Source: an uncultured Chthonomonadaceae bacterium (GTDB lineage: Bacteria; Armatimonadota; Chthonomonadetes; Chthonomonadales; Chthonomonadaceae). Taken from it: a stretch of 64,000 nt of DNA. Positions 10,650 through 21,220 of this stretch are shown piece by piece. The position numbers and the translations under genes are program-made. A model generated the notes under the pieces. That model saw only the letters and a program-made list of their open reading frames with translations. It had not been told where the DNA came from and made no database searches. The stretch spans positions 205,296-269,295 of the forward strand of contig CAWIEK010000063.1 in NCBI GenBank assembly GCA_963835065.1, given 5' to 3'. The first letter of the stretch is position 1, and each line of letters opens with the position of its first letter.

Positions 10650-13589
10650 CTACTTGATGATGGCAATCGGGAAATCCGGTACGGAGGGGGGCTTGGTGGT
10701 GGTTGGGTGCTGGCCGCCGCCGGTCAGTTCCTTGACGCGCTCGGACAGGAAATAGTCCAGACTTGTCACCGTGACGCGCCCGTCGCCCTTCAGGTCAGCC
10801 TTGCCGCTCAAGCCTTCCAGCAGGGCTTTGGTGAACGCGCCGTGTCCCCATTTAGCGTCTTCCAGCGCATACTCCTTGCCGGTTGAGGCGGCAAATACGA
10901 CCGCGCCATTTGGGGCGTCCGCCAGTTCGTTGACGATTTTCACGATGTCCGATTCCAGCCCGCGCGTTTTGCCGCCCGCGCCGCCCGAATGACAAGTATC
11001 CACAAAGAACAGCACCTTACCCGCAATGTCTTTGACGGTCTTTTCCACCTCGTAAAACAACACGCCCGTACTGCGCTTGTGTTCCATGTCGAAGTTATAG
11101 GGCGCGTAATAGTAGTCGCCGTTGCTGTCGTTAACGCCATGCCCGGACAGGAAAATCATGGCAATATCCCGCGAGGTGGTCTGCTTTTGTATCCATTCCA
11201 GCCCGTCCAGAATGGAGTCCTTGCCTGCGCCGTCGTCCGTGAGCAGTTTTACTTCCACGTCCCGGTACAGTTTGCCGCCCTGCTGTTTCAGCGCGTCTGC
11301 AAAGTCTGTCGCGTCTTTGGCAGCGTAATTAAGCGTGTAATCGGGGTTTTTGTATTTGCTGACGCCACACGCCAGAATGTAGAGTTTGGGTTTGGTAATG
11401 TCAACCGGAGCCTTGCCCTTCCAGCGCAGGCGAACGGTTGCGGGCTGGCCCGCGCCGTGTTTGTTTTCCGCGATAATGGACAATTCGCAGTCGTGGTCAG
11501 GAAGGGTCACATCCAGCGTTTGCGTGGACTCGGCGCTCGGCTTGTCGGCCACCTCCTGTATGCGCCGCGCATTGCTCATTGGACGCCCATCTATGAGGGC
11601 GCGAACGCCCGTGATGGGCGCGTCGGCAGGCGAGCGAACCGTAAACTGAACCTTCACGCTGGCATCGGCCTGTTCGGTATTGTTTTGCGGCGAAACAATG
11701 GCGACAACGGGCGGCAGGGTTTTATTGACATCCGCCACATTGGTTTTGCGGCCCCGCGCCGCATCCGCCTGTTTCAAGGCCGCGTCTTCATCCCCGGTTT
11801 TGAGCATCCGCTCCACAACATCCGGGCGATAGTACGTATCGCGGAACCGGGACGCGGGGAAAAAGTCCGCCGACTGGGCCTTACCCCGATTGATGTGCCA
11901 GCCAATCAGGTCTTCACTGCCGACTGCCGCGTCGTAATAGCCGCTCGCGGTCCAGGCGATCCACTGTTTCTGGTCTATGTGCGGAAACACCGATAGCAGC
12001 AGAGTGGGTTCCTTGATATGAATCCAGCGAATCGTTCCATCGTTAATCAGCAGCACGGCGGTTTCGCCGTCTTTGCTGACATTGATCTGCCAGGCAACGC
12101 CGGGTGTGGCAAGCGCCCACTCCTCTTTGCCGTTCGCGTCCAGCAGGCGCAGCGCGAAATCGCCGCCGAGCAGAAATCGCTTATGATCGGGCAGAATTGC
12201 CAGGCTGCGGGCCGCTTCGTTCATGCTCAGTTCGATGGGCTTACCGTTCACTTTGGGGTGCATGCCGTTTTCCCAATCCGTGATTTTCAGTCCGGGTACG
12301 CCCACAATAGCATCATGCAGTCCGGCTTTTTCTCCCGCCGCAAGCGCGTCCCTGGGATTGTCGGCAATGCCGGTTTCCATTTTGCGCTGTGAAGCGTGGA
12401 AGCGGACGGTTGCTTTGTCGTTGGGCAGCGTGGAAAACTGAACGGTTTCGGCATCATCGGAAATCAAAAACGTGGTGCGCTGCATGTCAACGGTGGGGGA
12501 TTCAAACAGGCGGGCTTTATCGCCCTCCAGAACGCCCCACAGCGGATCGCCTGCCGCGTAAAGCATCGGCCCGATTTTGAGGGGACGCAGAGCCGTGATC
12601 GTCTGGCTGGATGCGGCTATGTCCACGAACTTGCCTTTACCGCCCTGATCGTAACGGCGAATGATCCGAACGGCGGTGTTGTTTTGAACCACAGCCGTTC
12701 GACCTGCCGCAAACAACGATTTGCCGTCGGCAGACCACGCCACCTCATCAAAGGCGGAACCGGGCAGTTTGACATCCTCGGTTGCGGGCGCGTACAGCAG
12801 GGACAGGTCTTTGACGGCAAGCACGTTGATGTTTTTGGTGTCGCCGAATCCGACCGCGAGTTTGTCGCCTTCGGGCGAAAACGCGACCGCATGGGGGTGT
12901 GTGCCGCCGGACGCTTTCTGGCGAATGGCGAGTTTGTAATCCGGCGTGTAGACGCGAATAAAGCCGTCTATGGCGGCAACGGCCAGCACGCCATCGGATC
13001 GGAAATCCATCCCTACACAGTCCCCGGCATACTCTTTGTCCTCCAGAACCGTGCCGCCATCCGATACGCGCAAGACGCGCAGCCCCTGCTTGCCGGCCAG
13101 CCCCGCCGCAATGGTTTTGCCGTCGGGCGCATAGCGCAACACCTGCACGGCTTCCGGCAGGCCGGTCAGGCGGCGCGTGAGTTCGCCCGTCGTTCGGTCG
13201 AACAGGTAGATGCTGATGGCCTTATCCCACGCATAGCCCGTGATGCCGCTGCACGCGATCTGTTTGCCATCGGGCGAAATCGCAACGGAATACAACTGCC
13301 CGTCGCCGCTCCCGAAGGGAACATGAACCGTTCGCTGCAATTCGCCCGAAGCCAGGTCCCAGATACGGAGTGTGCCGTCCAGCGAACACGTTGCGAAGAA
13401 CGTTTCTTTTGCGTCTACCGCCAAATCTTTAATCACGCCCGTATGGGTTTTGGTTTCCACCCGCAGCATGGGCTTTGTCGGCGGCTCGTCCGCGTATCCG
13501 CGCGTTCCGATTGCGCCGAACAGCAGGGCCAATCCCGCCAGCAGCGAACCTTTATTTACGACGCGACGCGCGTTTGTGATGCCCAACAT
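10650..13589 (-). CDS. Secreted WD40-repeat protein with C-terminal caspase (peptidase C14) domain
   Basis: Signal peptide; WD repeats (SLDGTLRIWD, VAISPDG, VAFSPEG); catalytic FLSGHG and VDTCHSG; GHGAFTKALLEGL. Confidence 0.9.
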   Translation of the reverse strand: MLGITNARRVVNKGSLLAGLALLFGAIGTRGYADEPPTKPMLRVETKTHTGVIKDLAVDAKETFFATCSLDGTLRIWDLASGELQRTVHVPFGSGDGQLYSVAISPDGKQIACSGITGYAWDKAISIYLFDRTTGELTRRLTGLPEAVQVLRYAPDGKTIAAGLAGKQGLRVLRVSDGGTVLEDKEYAGDCVGMDFRSDGVLAVAAIDGFIRVYTPDYKLAIRQKASGGTHPHAVAFSPEGDKLAVGFGDTKNINVLAVKDLSLLYAPATEDVKLPGSAFDEVAWSADGKSLFAAGRTAVVQNNTAVRIIRRYDQGGKGKFVDIAASSQTITALRPLKIGPMLYAAGDPLWGVLEGDKARLFESPTVDMQRTTFLISDDAETVQFSTLPNDKATVRFHASQRKMETGIADNPRDALAAGEKAGLHDAIVGVPGLKITDWENGMHPKVNGKPIELSMNEAARSLAILPDHKRFLLGGDFALRLLDANGKEEWALATPGVAWQINVSKDGETAVLLINDGTIRWIHIKEPTLLLSVFPHIDQKQWIAWTASGYYDAAVGSEDLIGWHINRGKAQSADFFPASRFRDTYYRPDVVERMLKTGDEDAALKQADAARGRKTNVADVNKTLPPVVAIVSPQNNTEQADASVKVQFTVRSPADAPITGVRALIDGRPMSNARRIQEVADKPSAESTQTLDVTLPDHDCELSIIAENKHGAGQPATVRLRWKGKAPVDITKPKLYILACGVSKYKNPDYTLNYAAKDATDFADALKQQGGKLYRDVEVKLLTDDGAGKDSILDGLEWIQKQTTSRDIAMIFLSGHGVNDSNGDYYYAPYNFDMEHKRSTGVLFYEVEKTVKDIAGKVLFFVDTCHSGGAGGKTRGLESDIVKIVNELADAPNGAVVFAASTGKEYALEDAKWGHGAFTKALLEGLSGKADLKGDGRVTVTSLDYFLSERVKELTGGGQHPTTTKPPSVPDFPIAIIK

Positions 13590-13599
13590 GGCGAACTCC

Positions 13600-14817
13600 T
13601 TATTTTGGCGTGGTAATGCGCAGTTTCTGAACGCGCCAGCCTTCGGGCGCATGGGAAATCTCATCCAGCAGTTGTTTCAAAGCGGAGGCAGGTTCGGAAC
13701 GGTTTTCCTGATTGCCGACGCCATTGAGCATCTGAACGGACGCTTCATTCTGCTCCTGGAGGCATACACGCAGGGAATAAGCCGGCGCGCTCTGTAGCGA
13801 CGGAATAAATTTCTTCGCTATGCGCCTGCGGCGGAGTGTCCGAAGGACACAAGCGTCTGCCGTAAGGGAGTTCCGTCCGAAGGATGATTTGGCGGAACGC
13901 CGCGCAGCAAGGAAATGAATTTCCTTGCCCGCATTTAGTCGCTTGCCGGGGGCGCGAACTACATTGAAAATGTTACTTCCCGGCTTTGATGGCCCGCAGA
14001 ATACAATCCACGCCTCCCCCGAACCCTCCGGCAACAAAACCGCCTTTGATAAGGATGTTTGTCCCTTGCGAACCGTCCAACATTCGCCCGCTTCGGATAG
14101 ACGCGCCAGATGAAGGCCATTGGCGGAATCACTCAGGAGCAGGTAGGCGCGGCAGGAAACATTCCGGCGGGAGCGCAGGCGGAACGAATGGCCTGCTGTA
14201 ATCTGGCGCAGGGGGCGCGCTTCATCATCCGCGCTGACGATTTCCCAGAGCGCGTTTTGCGTCGTCAATTGGGACAAGAGGCGCGTCCATTGCGCCGGGA
14301 CAGCGACCGCATCGGCGTTTAAGCAGGCGACAATCCGGCTTCCCGTTTCGCCCACCAATCCCAGCGCGTGAACGCGCGGGTCGCGGCGGAGATTGACGGT
14401 CAGGCTGCGCAGGGAATCGGCGGTTCCCGCCCATTGCCCGACCAGAGCGTGGGGCGCGGACTCTCGAAACAGGCGCGTGACCAGCAGAAAACGCGCGTTT
14501 GTTTCGTCCGCGCCACCGGTAAAACTCAACTCCCCCTCCACAGTATAGCGCAGGGAAGAGGAGATTTGCTGTGAGGGCGGGCTGCCTTCCACCCCAACCT
14601 GAACTGTTTTCGGGGCGTGATCGGTCAGGAAGCGGGCAAGCGCGGTTGTCAGGCGCGCGTTCAGGCCGCGTTCCAATCCGCCGCCGTCGCGCAGGGGGCG
14701 GATGGTCAGCGTCGTTGCTTGCGCGTGTGTCCGCGTCAGGCAGGTACACGCCAACATCAGCGCCATCAGAGTTGCGCCTGCGCGTTGTATCAACACACAC
14801 ACGAAGCCTCGCATCAT
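13600..14817 (-). CDS. Secreted hypothetical protein in the caspase cluster
   Basis: 405-aa ORF overlapping the upstream stop; signal-peptide-like N-terminus (THA-QA). Confidence 0.55.
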   Translation of the reverse strand: MMRGFVCVLIQRAGATLMALMLACTCLTRTHAQATTLTIRPLRDGGGLERGLNARLTTALARFLTDHAPKTVQVGVEGSPPSQQISSSLRYTVEGELSFTGGADETNARFLLVTRLFRESAPHALVGQWAGTADSLRSLTVNLRRDPRVHALGLVGETGSRIVACLNADAVAVPAQWTRLLSQLTTQNALWEIVSADDEARPLRQITAGHSFRLRSRRNVSCRAYLLLSDSANGLHLARLSEAGECWTVRKGQTSLSKAVLLPEGSGEAWIVFCGPSKPGSNIFNVVRAPGKRLNAGKEIHFLAARRSAKSSFGRNSLTADACVLRTLRRRRIAKKFIPSLQSAPAYSLRVCLQEQNEASVQMLNGVGNQENRSEPASALKQLLDEISHAPEGWRVQKLRITTPK

Positions 14818-16190
14818 TCCACTCCGAACGTCAGGCCGAACGTGTAGTAGGGCTGGCGCTGCGTTTCCGTTTCTATGATACGCTTCATTTTGCGCGGTTC
14901 CGCCCCGTCCTGCGGAAACGCCTTGATTAAGGCGGCGGCATTAGCTTCGTCGGTAAACAGCAGGGCTTTCACGCGCTCCACGCCCGGAGTGTCGGCGGCA
15001 TACGAGCGGCCTGAAGCGATGGGCAGGCGAACCACGCTGTTGGCCGAAACCCGCGCCGCGTCCATGCTGCGATTGGCAGGAAACAGCAGGTACACTTTGC
15101 CATCGGTATCTTTTTCCAGCAAAACCAGCCAGCCACTTTGCGCGCCGATTTTGGCTTCAAAAGTAAACGTCTGTTTTACCTTGACCGTGTTCAATCCCGG
15201 CGTCATGGTCAGCGCGAACAGCGCAGTATCGGTATGGTCCTGGTTGAAATCGTCCCATGCGGTGCGCTTCGGCTCCGGTTTGGGGGACGGGTCGGGTGGG
15301 GGCGCGGGCGTATCCTTGCCGTCAAAGACAGGGCGCGTGGCATAATCGGTCGGGCTGAGTTTGGGCGTTTGCGTCTGCTCCATGTAATCGGCCACTTCGC
15401 CGGTCACGTCCTTTTGCACCTCGTTCCACAGCGTTTGCGGCGTTGTTTTTTGCAGGCGGGCTGTCAGAAAATGCGTAAACACGCCGCCGCGCTGTCCATC
15501 AAAATCGTCCTCGCCCGAAGTCTGATTGGCAAGCGAGGCCGTGAAATACACGATTTCCGCGCCTTTTGAGATGTGGTCGTTGCTGTCGCTCTGCACTTCA
15601 AGAATGGCGCGGCGTCCGTCATTGCCGCCATTGTTTCCGCCGTTGCCGCTTCCATTTGCCGCAGTCCCGCGCTTGTAAAAGCGAGTTTTTTTAACCTGAT
15701 GTCCTAACGCGCGCCGACTTAGCCCGCCCGAAAAGCACGAGTCGAGCAGCACGGTTCGGCTGCGGGCGGGAACCGCCATCAGCGCGTTGTACAGTTCATC
15801 GCGCAGCAGGTCGCTGGCTTCTGTCTTTTCGCTGGCATCGCCTGGCAACAGGGCGGACGCGCCATCCGACCCCACGACGCCATGACCGGCAAAGTAGAAT
15901 ACGAACCGCTCGTCACTCCGAACCTCGGTTTTCATTTGGGCAAGCGCGTCCAGAATGGCGCGTTTGGACGCCTGCTCGTTTACCAGCGTTTTAACGGTAA
16001 AGCCCCTTCCGGTCAGCGTCTTTTCCATGTTGCGCGTGTCGTTGACGCAGCCCTCCAGATTGCTGCCCCGCGTCAGTTTCGGGTACTCGTTGACGCCGAC
16101 AAGCAGCGCCTTATCGGCCCGCGCGTTCGCCCCCACGCCCATCAATCCGCTCACCGCCGCTAACGCAAATAAACCATGCAAACATTTCAT
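14814..16190 (-). CDS. Secreted caspase-family (C14) protease with DUF4384-like C-terminal domain
   Basis: KALLVGVNEY, LEGCVND, YFAGHG, LDSCFSGG, GVFTHFL; C-terminal GKVYLLFPAN...PGVERVKAL. Confidence 0.85.
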   Translation of the reverse strand: MKCLHGLFALAAVSGLMGVGANARADKALLVGVNEYPKLTRGSNLEGCVNDTRNMEKTLTGRGFTVKTLVNEQASKRAILDALAQMKTEVRSDERFVFYFAGHGVVGSDGASALLPGDASEKTEASDLLRDELYNALMAVPARSRTVLLDSCFSGGLSRRALGHQVKKTRFYKRGTAANGSGNGGNNGGNDGRRAILEVQSDSNDHISKGAEIVYFTASLANQTSGEDDFDGQRGGVFTHFLTARLQKTTPQTLWNEVQKDVTGEVADYMEQTQTPKLSPTDYATRPVFDGKDTPAPPPDPSPKPEPKRTAWDDFNQDHTDTALFALTMTPGLNTVKVKQTFTFEAKIGAQSGWLVLLEKDTDGKVYLLFPANRSMDAARVSANSVVRLPIASGRSYAADTPGVERVKALLFTDEANAAALIKAFPQDGAEPRKMKRIIETETQRQPYYTFGLTFGVE

Positions 16191-16192
16191 TC

Positions 16193-17179
16193 TTATTTCT
16201 CCGCAGGCTCTAAAATGATACTGGCCGTCAGTTGCACGGGTTTTGTCGAGCGGGCAATTGGTCCGCCTGGGCGCTGGCCCCAGCCCTCGATGGCCTGATT
16301 GGCGACAAAATCCTCATCCAGCCAGACGAATCCCTTGTTGGCCCATTTGTCCGACCACGAATTGACCATCAAAAAGGCGTGTTTGTCTTCGTCGTAGCCC
16401 ACGATGCACACGGCGTGAAGTCCGGCCAGTTCGCCCTTTTTCTCCGTTGGTTTGTACACGAAATCAGGGTCATGGGGAACGCCGAAAAACTCCTGGTAAA
16501 CAGGGATGCCAATGACGAACGGCTGGCGGGTTTCCCACAGCCAATTACGCAGTTTGTCCGCGTCCCCGGCCTCGCCCGCAACGCTGCCTTTGAACAGGCT
16601 AACGGTTTGCCGCGCTTTGTAGCGCGCGGCCCGCGATTTGATTGCATCCGAGGGCTGGCTGTCCGGGTCGGATTCTTTCCAGGGCATGTCGGCAAGCGTG
16701 GCGCAGCCCTGTTTGGCAAGGATGTCGAATGCCTGATAGATGTGCATCCCTTTTTTGGGGTTGCCCGCATTAAACTGATGCCAGATGAACGCGGGGCTGA
16801 ACTGAAAACGCGCGTCCTTGCGCTCTTCGGGCGATAATTTGCGCTGTCGCGCAATGGACGTGGAGTAGCAGTAGTACGCCGTTGACCAGCCTACGCACGA
16901 CCCGGTTTCGCCCTGATTCGCCACGTCGGGCAAGTCGGCGGCAAGGCTGAATTGTTTGGGACGATCCGCGCTCCGCGTGGCGGCGATACGCGCATGGGGA
17001 TGACTGGCGAACGCCTCAGCAGGGGAAGCCACGCAGCCCATTCCCTGCGCGTTACTCCGTGAAGCCAACCCCGCCATGCCCACGAACAGAAGCGCGGAAA
17101 CTCGAAAATACCGCGCCACTCTGCGCGAACGTTGTGTATTATGCGAGGCGCTGCGGAAATAGGGTTTGAGTAGAGCCAT
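16193..17179 (-). CDS. Secreted papain-like (C1) cysteine peptidase
   Basis: NQGETGSCVGWS, GLHAVCIVGYD and VNSWSDKW catalytic motifs. Confidence 0.85.
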   Translation of the reverse strand: MALLKPYFRSASHNTQRSRRVARYFRVSALLFVGMAGLASRSNAQGMGCVASPAEAFASHPHARIAATRSADRPKQFSLAADLPDVANQGETGSCVGWSTAYYCYSTSIARQRKLSPEERKDARFQFSPAFIWHQFNAGNPKKGMHIYQAFDILAKQGCATLADMPWKESDPDSQPSDAIKSRAARYKARQTVSLFKGSVAGEAGDADKLRNWLWETRQPFVIGIPVYQEFFGVPHDPDFVYKPTEKKGELAGLHAVCIVGYDEDKHAFLMVNSWSDKWANKGFVWLDEDFVANQAIEGWGQRPGGPIARSTKPVQLTASIILEPAEK

Positions 17180-17465
17180 AGATATTCCCCTCGAAAAACT
17201 ATGATATGTCGGATTTAAAGCGTGATGGTACCCAGCCAAAAATTAGGATGGCAAACGTTAGCAGCGGCGACAAAGGTTTCGGGAGCGTCATACGCGCGGC
17301 GGTAGTCGTGCCTTTACTCGCCGCCCGGTTCGCAGGCGCCGGCACAGCAAAGAATAGCCCGCTTGTATTTATTACCCTGCGTGACAAGTGACCTAGCAGG
17401 TTAAAAAAGAAGGGGATCGAAATCCGGGCGTGTTACAAAATTGATTTGGCGTAAAGCCGAGGGAC

Positions 17466-18306
17466 TCACCGGGCGGAAGCGACGTGGGTTTGATCGTTCA
17501 ATTCGTTCAATTCGATGGTGGCGGCGGCGCGGCGCGTGTCTTTGCCGTTGCTCAGTTCCATGTAGATGGTCTGCTTGCCGGTGGTGGCATCCAGTTTCCA
17601 GGAGCGCTTCGCCTGAAACGGTTCCCATTCGGTCCAGTGAATGCCGTCGCTGCTGTAACGCGCCTGCTGCGCCCATTTCTCGCCATGCGCGTAAATCTGC
17701 ACGTCCGGGGATTTGGTCTGCGGCACATCGTTGTTAATGATCAGCGGGAAAACGTCACGGCGCGTGCCGAAGTCCTGTACCCAATAATCCTGCAAGTCGC
17801 TGTTCGGCGCGTGGACATAAGCCACGCCGATCTCGCGGAAGTCGGGGTTCAGCAAATTGGCGCGGTGACCGGGGCTGCGCATCCATTCGACGACAACCTG
17901 CTCCGGCGATTGCTGTCCGCCCGCGATGTTTTCGCCGATCATGGCATAGCCCTTATAACCGAAGTCCGGCAGGCGCGGCTCGATGTGCCGTCCCTGACGA
18001 TCCTCGTGCGCAAAATAATTATTGGTCGCCATGTCGTCGGCCATCCAATGCGCGGCGCGGGTCAGGCTGTCTTCGCGCTTGACCGGAGCGACGCCGGCTT
18101 TGGCGCGCTCCACATTGGTCAGTTCGATCACGCGGTCAATAAAGCGCGAAGCGCGGGCTTCTGCCGCCGCCGAGAGAAACCACCAGGGAAGGACGCGCTG
18201 TTTTCTGCGCCATCGCCGCCATTCCACAGCACAACAGACCGATTGCCATCAGAAGAGAGAAAGTCAGAAAAGAAACATTCCGAAAAGAAAAAGTCCGAAC
18301 TCGCAT
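17466..18306 (-). CDS. Secreted CAP/SCP-domain protein (frameshift near 18175)
   Basis: LTNVERAKAG, GENIAGG, WMRSPGHRANLL, YWVQDFG; the signal peptide lies in the overlapping ORF 18136-18318. Confidence 0.8.
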
Positions 18307-18878
18307 TGCACGTTTCACCTTTCAGCGCGCAGCATCAAGCCGTTTGAAATGTCGGCGGCTGCTCCCATGATCTCACAGTGTGAGTTTCACGGGAACAAGG
18401 ATAACCGCAATGCTTTTCCGTCGCCGTTACTCACGTTACATTATCAGTGTGAGACGCGGCAATCTTCAGGCATAAATGCGCGAAAAGGACGTAAAAGTAT
18501 CGAGGCGCGGCCATTCCAAACCATTCAGACCCAAATGTGGCGCTGGCTGTAATAACAACGGGAAAACAAAATACAGGCGGAAAATGGAAAACGGCAGGGT
18601 GTTCCAGACAGAAGCATCGAGGCTGCTGCGTTGCGGAGCGTCAATACGGCAACGCGGCAATGACTGTATTATAACGTATAAAAGCGCGAATATGACGCGC
18701 GGAAAGCAACCAAATTAACGAAAACCGGTAAATTTACACCTAAAGGTTTACCGTCAGAATCGCCTTTGCCGCAAAGATGCAACAGACATTTGCTATAGTG
18801 ACGAATTTTGGCGGAAAGGCGCATTCAGAAAATAATGACTCTGCGGGGAACGCGCCGCCTGTTGTGTTTTGATTCGCC

Positions 18879-18907
18879 TTGACTTTCACCAAACCCTATG
18901 CTATAAT
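18879..18907 (+). promoter_or_regulatory. Sigma70 promoter of the tRNA-tuf operon
   Basis: TTGACT-17 nt-TATAAT with TG extension. Confidence 0.8.
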
Positions 18908-19078
18908 TCATTGCATACTCGGTAGAACCCAATGTTCGCCGAGTAAAACTTTGTCTGCCGACAGTGCGCACTTTTTCACAAGCCACACTGTCATGTAGAT
19001 AGAGTGAGAGTGAAGCGTGAGACTGAGAGTAAAATTCACTTTTATTCTCATTACTCTCCTCTCACTGTTTGCTGACGT

Positions 19079-19163
19079 GGCGAGATACCCAAGCGGCCAA
19101 CGGGGACTGACTGTAAATCAGTTGTTTCTAACTTCAGAGGTTCGAATCCTCTTCTCGCCACCA
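19079..19163 (+). tRNA. tRNA-Tyr(GTA)
   Basis: GGCGAGA/TCTCGCC acceptor stem, anticodon arm ACTGA-CTGTAAA-TCAGT, long variable arm, GGTTCGAATCC, encoded CCA. Confidence 0.97.
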
Positions 19164-19167
19164 GCGT

Positions 19168-19240
19168 AGGGTATTGGGTATCGGGTGTCGGGTGTCGGAA
19201 AGCCTATTTTCTACACCCGACACCCGACACCCGATACCCT
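19168..19240. repeat. Inverted heptamer-array element (GGGTRTC)
   Basis: (GGGTRTY)x4 ... (GAYACCC)x4 between the two tRNAs. Confidence 0.9.
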
Positions 19241-19252
19241 GCCAACCACCCC

Positions 19253-19324
19253 GCCCACATAGCTCAGAGGCAGAGCACTTCTTTGGTAAAGAAGAGGTCA
19301 TGGGTCCGATTCCCATTGTGGGCC
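19253..19324 (+). tRNA. tRNA-Thr(GGT)
   Basis: GCCCACA/TGTGGGC stem, CTTCT-TTGGTAA-AGAAG anticodon arm; CCA not encoded. Confidence 0.93.
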
Positions 19325-19421
19325 GGTTCAACTTCTGACGCGGAACCGATTCGATTGCAGCGATGCAAAGGATTATCAACAATTTCGTGCCGGAACACTT
19401 GTTTGGGAGGAGTTTGAGGAA

Positions 19422-20621
19422 ATGGGCAAAGCGAAGTTTGAGCGCAATAAGCCGCACGTAAACATTGGAACGATTGGACACGTCGATCACGGCAAAACCA
19501 GCCTGACCGCCGCCATCACCCGCATGTTGTCGGTGTACAACGGCAGCAAGGCGATGAGCTACGACGATATTGACAGCGCGCCCGAAGAGCGCGAGCGCGG
19601 CGTTACCATCAACGTCGCCCACCTGGAATACCAGACCGACGCGCGACACTACGCGCACGTTGACTGTCCGGGCCACGCCGACTACATCAAGAACATGATT
19701 ACCGGCGCGGCGCAGATGGACGGCGCGATTCTCGTGGTATCCGCCGCCGATGGCCCGATGCCGCAGACCCGCGAACACATCCTGCTGGCCCGTCAGGTCG
19801 GCGTTCCCCACATTGTCGTGTTCCTTAACAAGTGCGACATGGTGGACGATGCGGAACTGCTGGAACTGGTTGAATTGGAAGTGCGCGAACTGCTGTCCAA
19901 GTACGAGTTCGACGGCGACAGCGCGCCCGTTATTATGGGTTCCGCGACCGCCGCCCTGTCGAGCGAAGAGTTTGGGCGCGACGATCCCGGCCACAAGCCG
20001 ATCTGGGCGCTGATGGACGCGGTGGACGCGCACATCCCGACCCCGGAGCGCGAAAACGACAAGCCGTTCCTGATGAGCGTCGAAGACGTGTTCACCATCA
20101 CGGGACGCGGTACAGTTGTCACGGGACGTGTCGAGCGCGGCACGACCAAAGTGAACGACCAGGTGGAAATCGTCGGCCTGCGCCCGACCCGCGCCACCAT
20201 CGCCACCGACCTGGAGCAGTTCCACAAGAAGTGCGACATCATCTACGGGGGCGACAACGCAGGTATGCTGTTGCGCGGTATCAACCGCGCCGACGTGGAG
20301 CGCGGCCAGGTTGTTGCCAAGCCGGGAACCATCAAGCCGCATACCAAATTCCAGGGTGAGCTTTACGTCCTGACCAAAGAAGAAGGCGGACGCCACACCC
20401 CGTTCTTCACGGGCTACACGCCGCAGTTCTTCTTCCGCACAACGGACGTGACCGGCAAGATGAACCTGCCGGAAGGCGTCGAGATGGTCATGCCGGGTGA
20501 CAACATCCGCATCACGGGCGAACTGATCCAGCCCATCGCTATGGAAGAGGGTCTCCGATTCGCTGTCCGCGAAGGTGGCCGCACGGTGGGCGCGGGCGTT
20601 GTGACCAAAATCTTCGACTAA
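19422..20621 (+). CDS. tuf: Elongation factor Tu
   Basis: [36 protein letters not shown]. Confidence 0.99.
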   Translation: MGKAKFERNKPHVNIGTIGHVDHGKTSLTAAITRMLSVYNGSKAMSYDDIDSAPEERERGVTINVAHLEYQTDARHYAHVDCPGHADYIKNMITGAAQMDGAILVVSAADGPMPQTREHILLARQVGVPHIVVFLNKCDMVDDAELLELVELEVRELLSKYEFDGDSAPVIMGSATAALSSEEFGRDDPGHKPIWALMDAVDAHIPTPERENDKPFLMSVEDVFTITGRGTVVTGRVERGTTKVNDQVEIVGLRPTRATIATDLEQFHKKCDIIYGGDNAGMLLRGINRADVERGQVVAKPGTIKPHTKFQGELYVLTKEEGGRHTPFFTGYTPQFFFRTTDVTGKMNLPEGVEMVMPGDNIRITGELIQPIAMEEGLRFAVREGGRTVGAGVVTKIFD

Positions 20622-20683
20622 TCGGTTGATTTGCGCGTAGCCGCCGGGCTTGTTTCCGGCGGCTGCGGGCATTGGATACGCAG

Positions 20684-20854
20684 ATGGCCTCAAAAGAAAC
20701 TCGCATTGTCATTAATCTGGCATGCACGGTCTGTCGTTCGCGAAACTATACGACCTCCAAGAACCGTATCAAGCATCAGGCGCGCATGGAGTTCAACAAG
20801 TATTGTCCGCGCCCGACGTGCCGCAAACATACGCTTCATCGGGAAGCGAAGTAG
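20684..20854 (+). CDS. rpmG: 50S ribosomal protein L33 (Zn-ribbon type)
   Basis: [14 protein letters not shown]...[16 protein letters not shown]; canonical gene position. Confidence 0.95.
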   Translation: MASKETRIVINLACTVCRSRNYTTSKNRIKHQARMEFNKYCPRPTCRKHTLHREAK

Positions 20855-20928
20855 GCATTAGATATTAGGCATTAGGCATTAGGAACAGAATCAGTCTCCT
20901 AATGCCTAATATCTAATGCCTAGTGCCT
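20852..20928. repeat. Inverted heptamer-array element (TAGGCAT)
   Basis: (TAGRYAT)x4 ... (TAATGCC)x4; the first unit supplies the rpmG stop codon. Confidence 0.9.
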
Positions 20929-20933
20929 CATAT

Positions 20934-21009
<76 letters not shown>

Positions 21010-21091
21010 TTTTTCCGGCGCATTCGCGCCACGCAAACCGGGCGGGAAGTCGCTACAGGAAGATTTCCGTACGATTTCCCGCTCATTCATT

Positions 21092-21205
21092 AGGTTTCAG
21101 GTTTCAGGTTTCAGGTTTCAGGCACAAGCAACTTCTATATTTGCTGTGACATCTTATGATTGAGATGTACTTCCTGAAACCTGAAACCTGAAACCTGAAA
21201 CCTGA
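21092..21205. repeat. Inverted heptamer-array element (AGGTTTC)
   Basis: (AGGTTTC)x4, 50-nt spacer, (CCTGAAA)x4. Confidence 0.95.
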
Positions 21206-21220
21206 CAAACAGGTGCAGCC

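Noticed and set aside
18998..19066. GAGAGT/ACTCTC-like degenerate inverted array before tRNA-Tyr
   Set aside because: The period mixes 6 and 7 and pairing is poor; possibly a decayed element but not counted.
19134..20693. 519-aa ORF antisense to tuf, and similar long antisense ORFs elsewhere
   Set aside because: Shadow ORFs caused by high-GC codon bias on the real coding strand.
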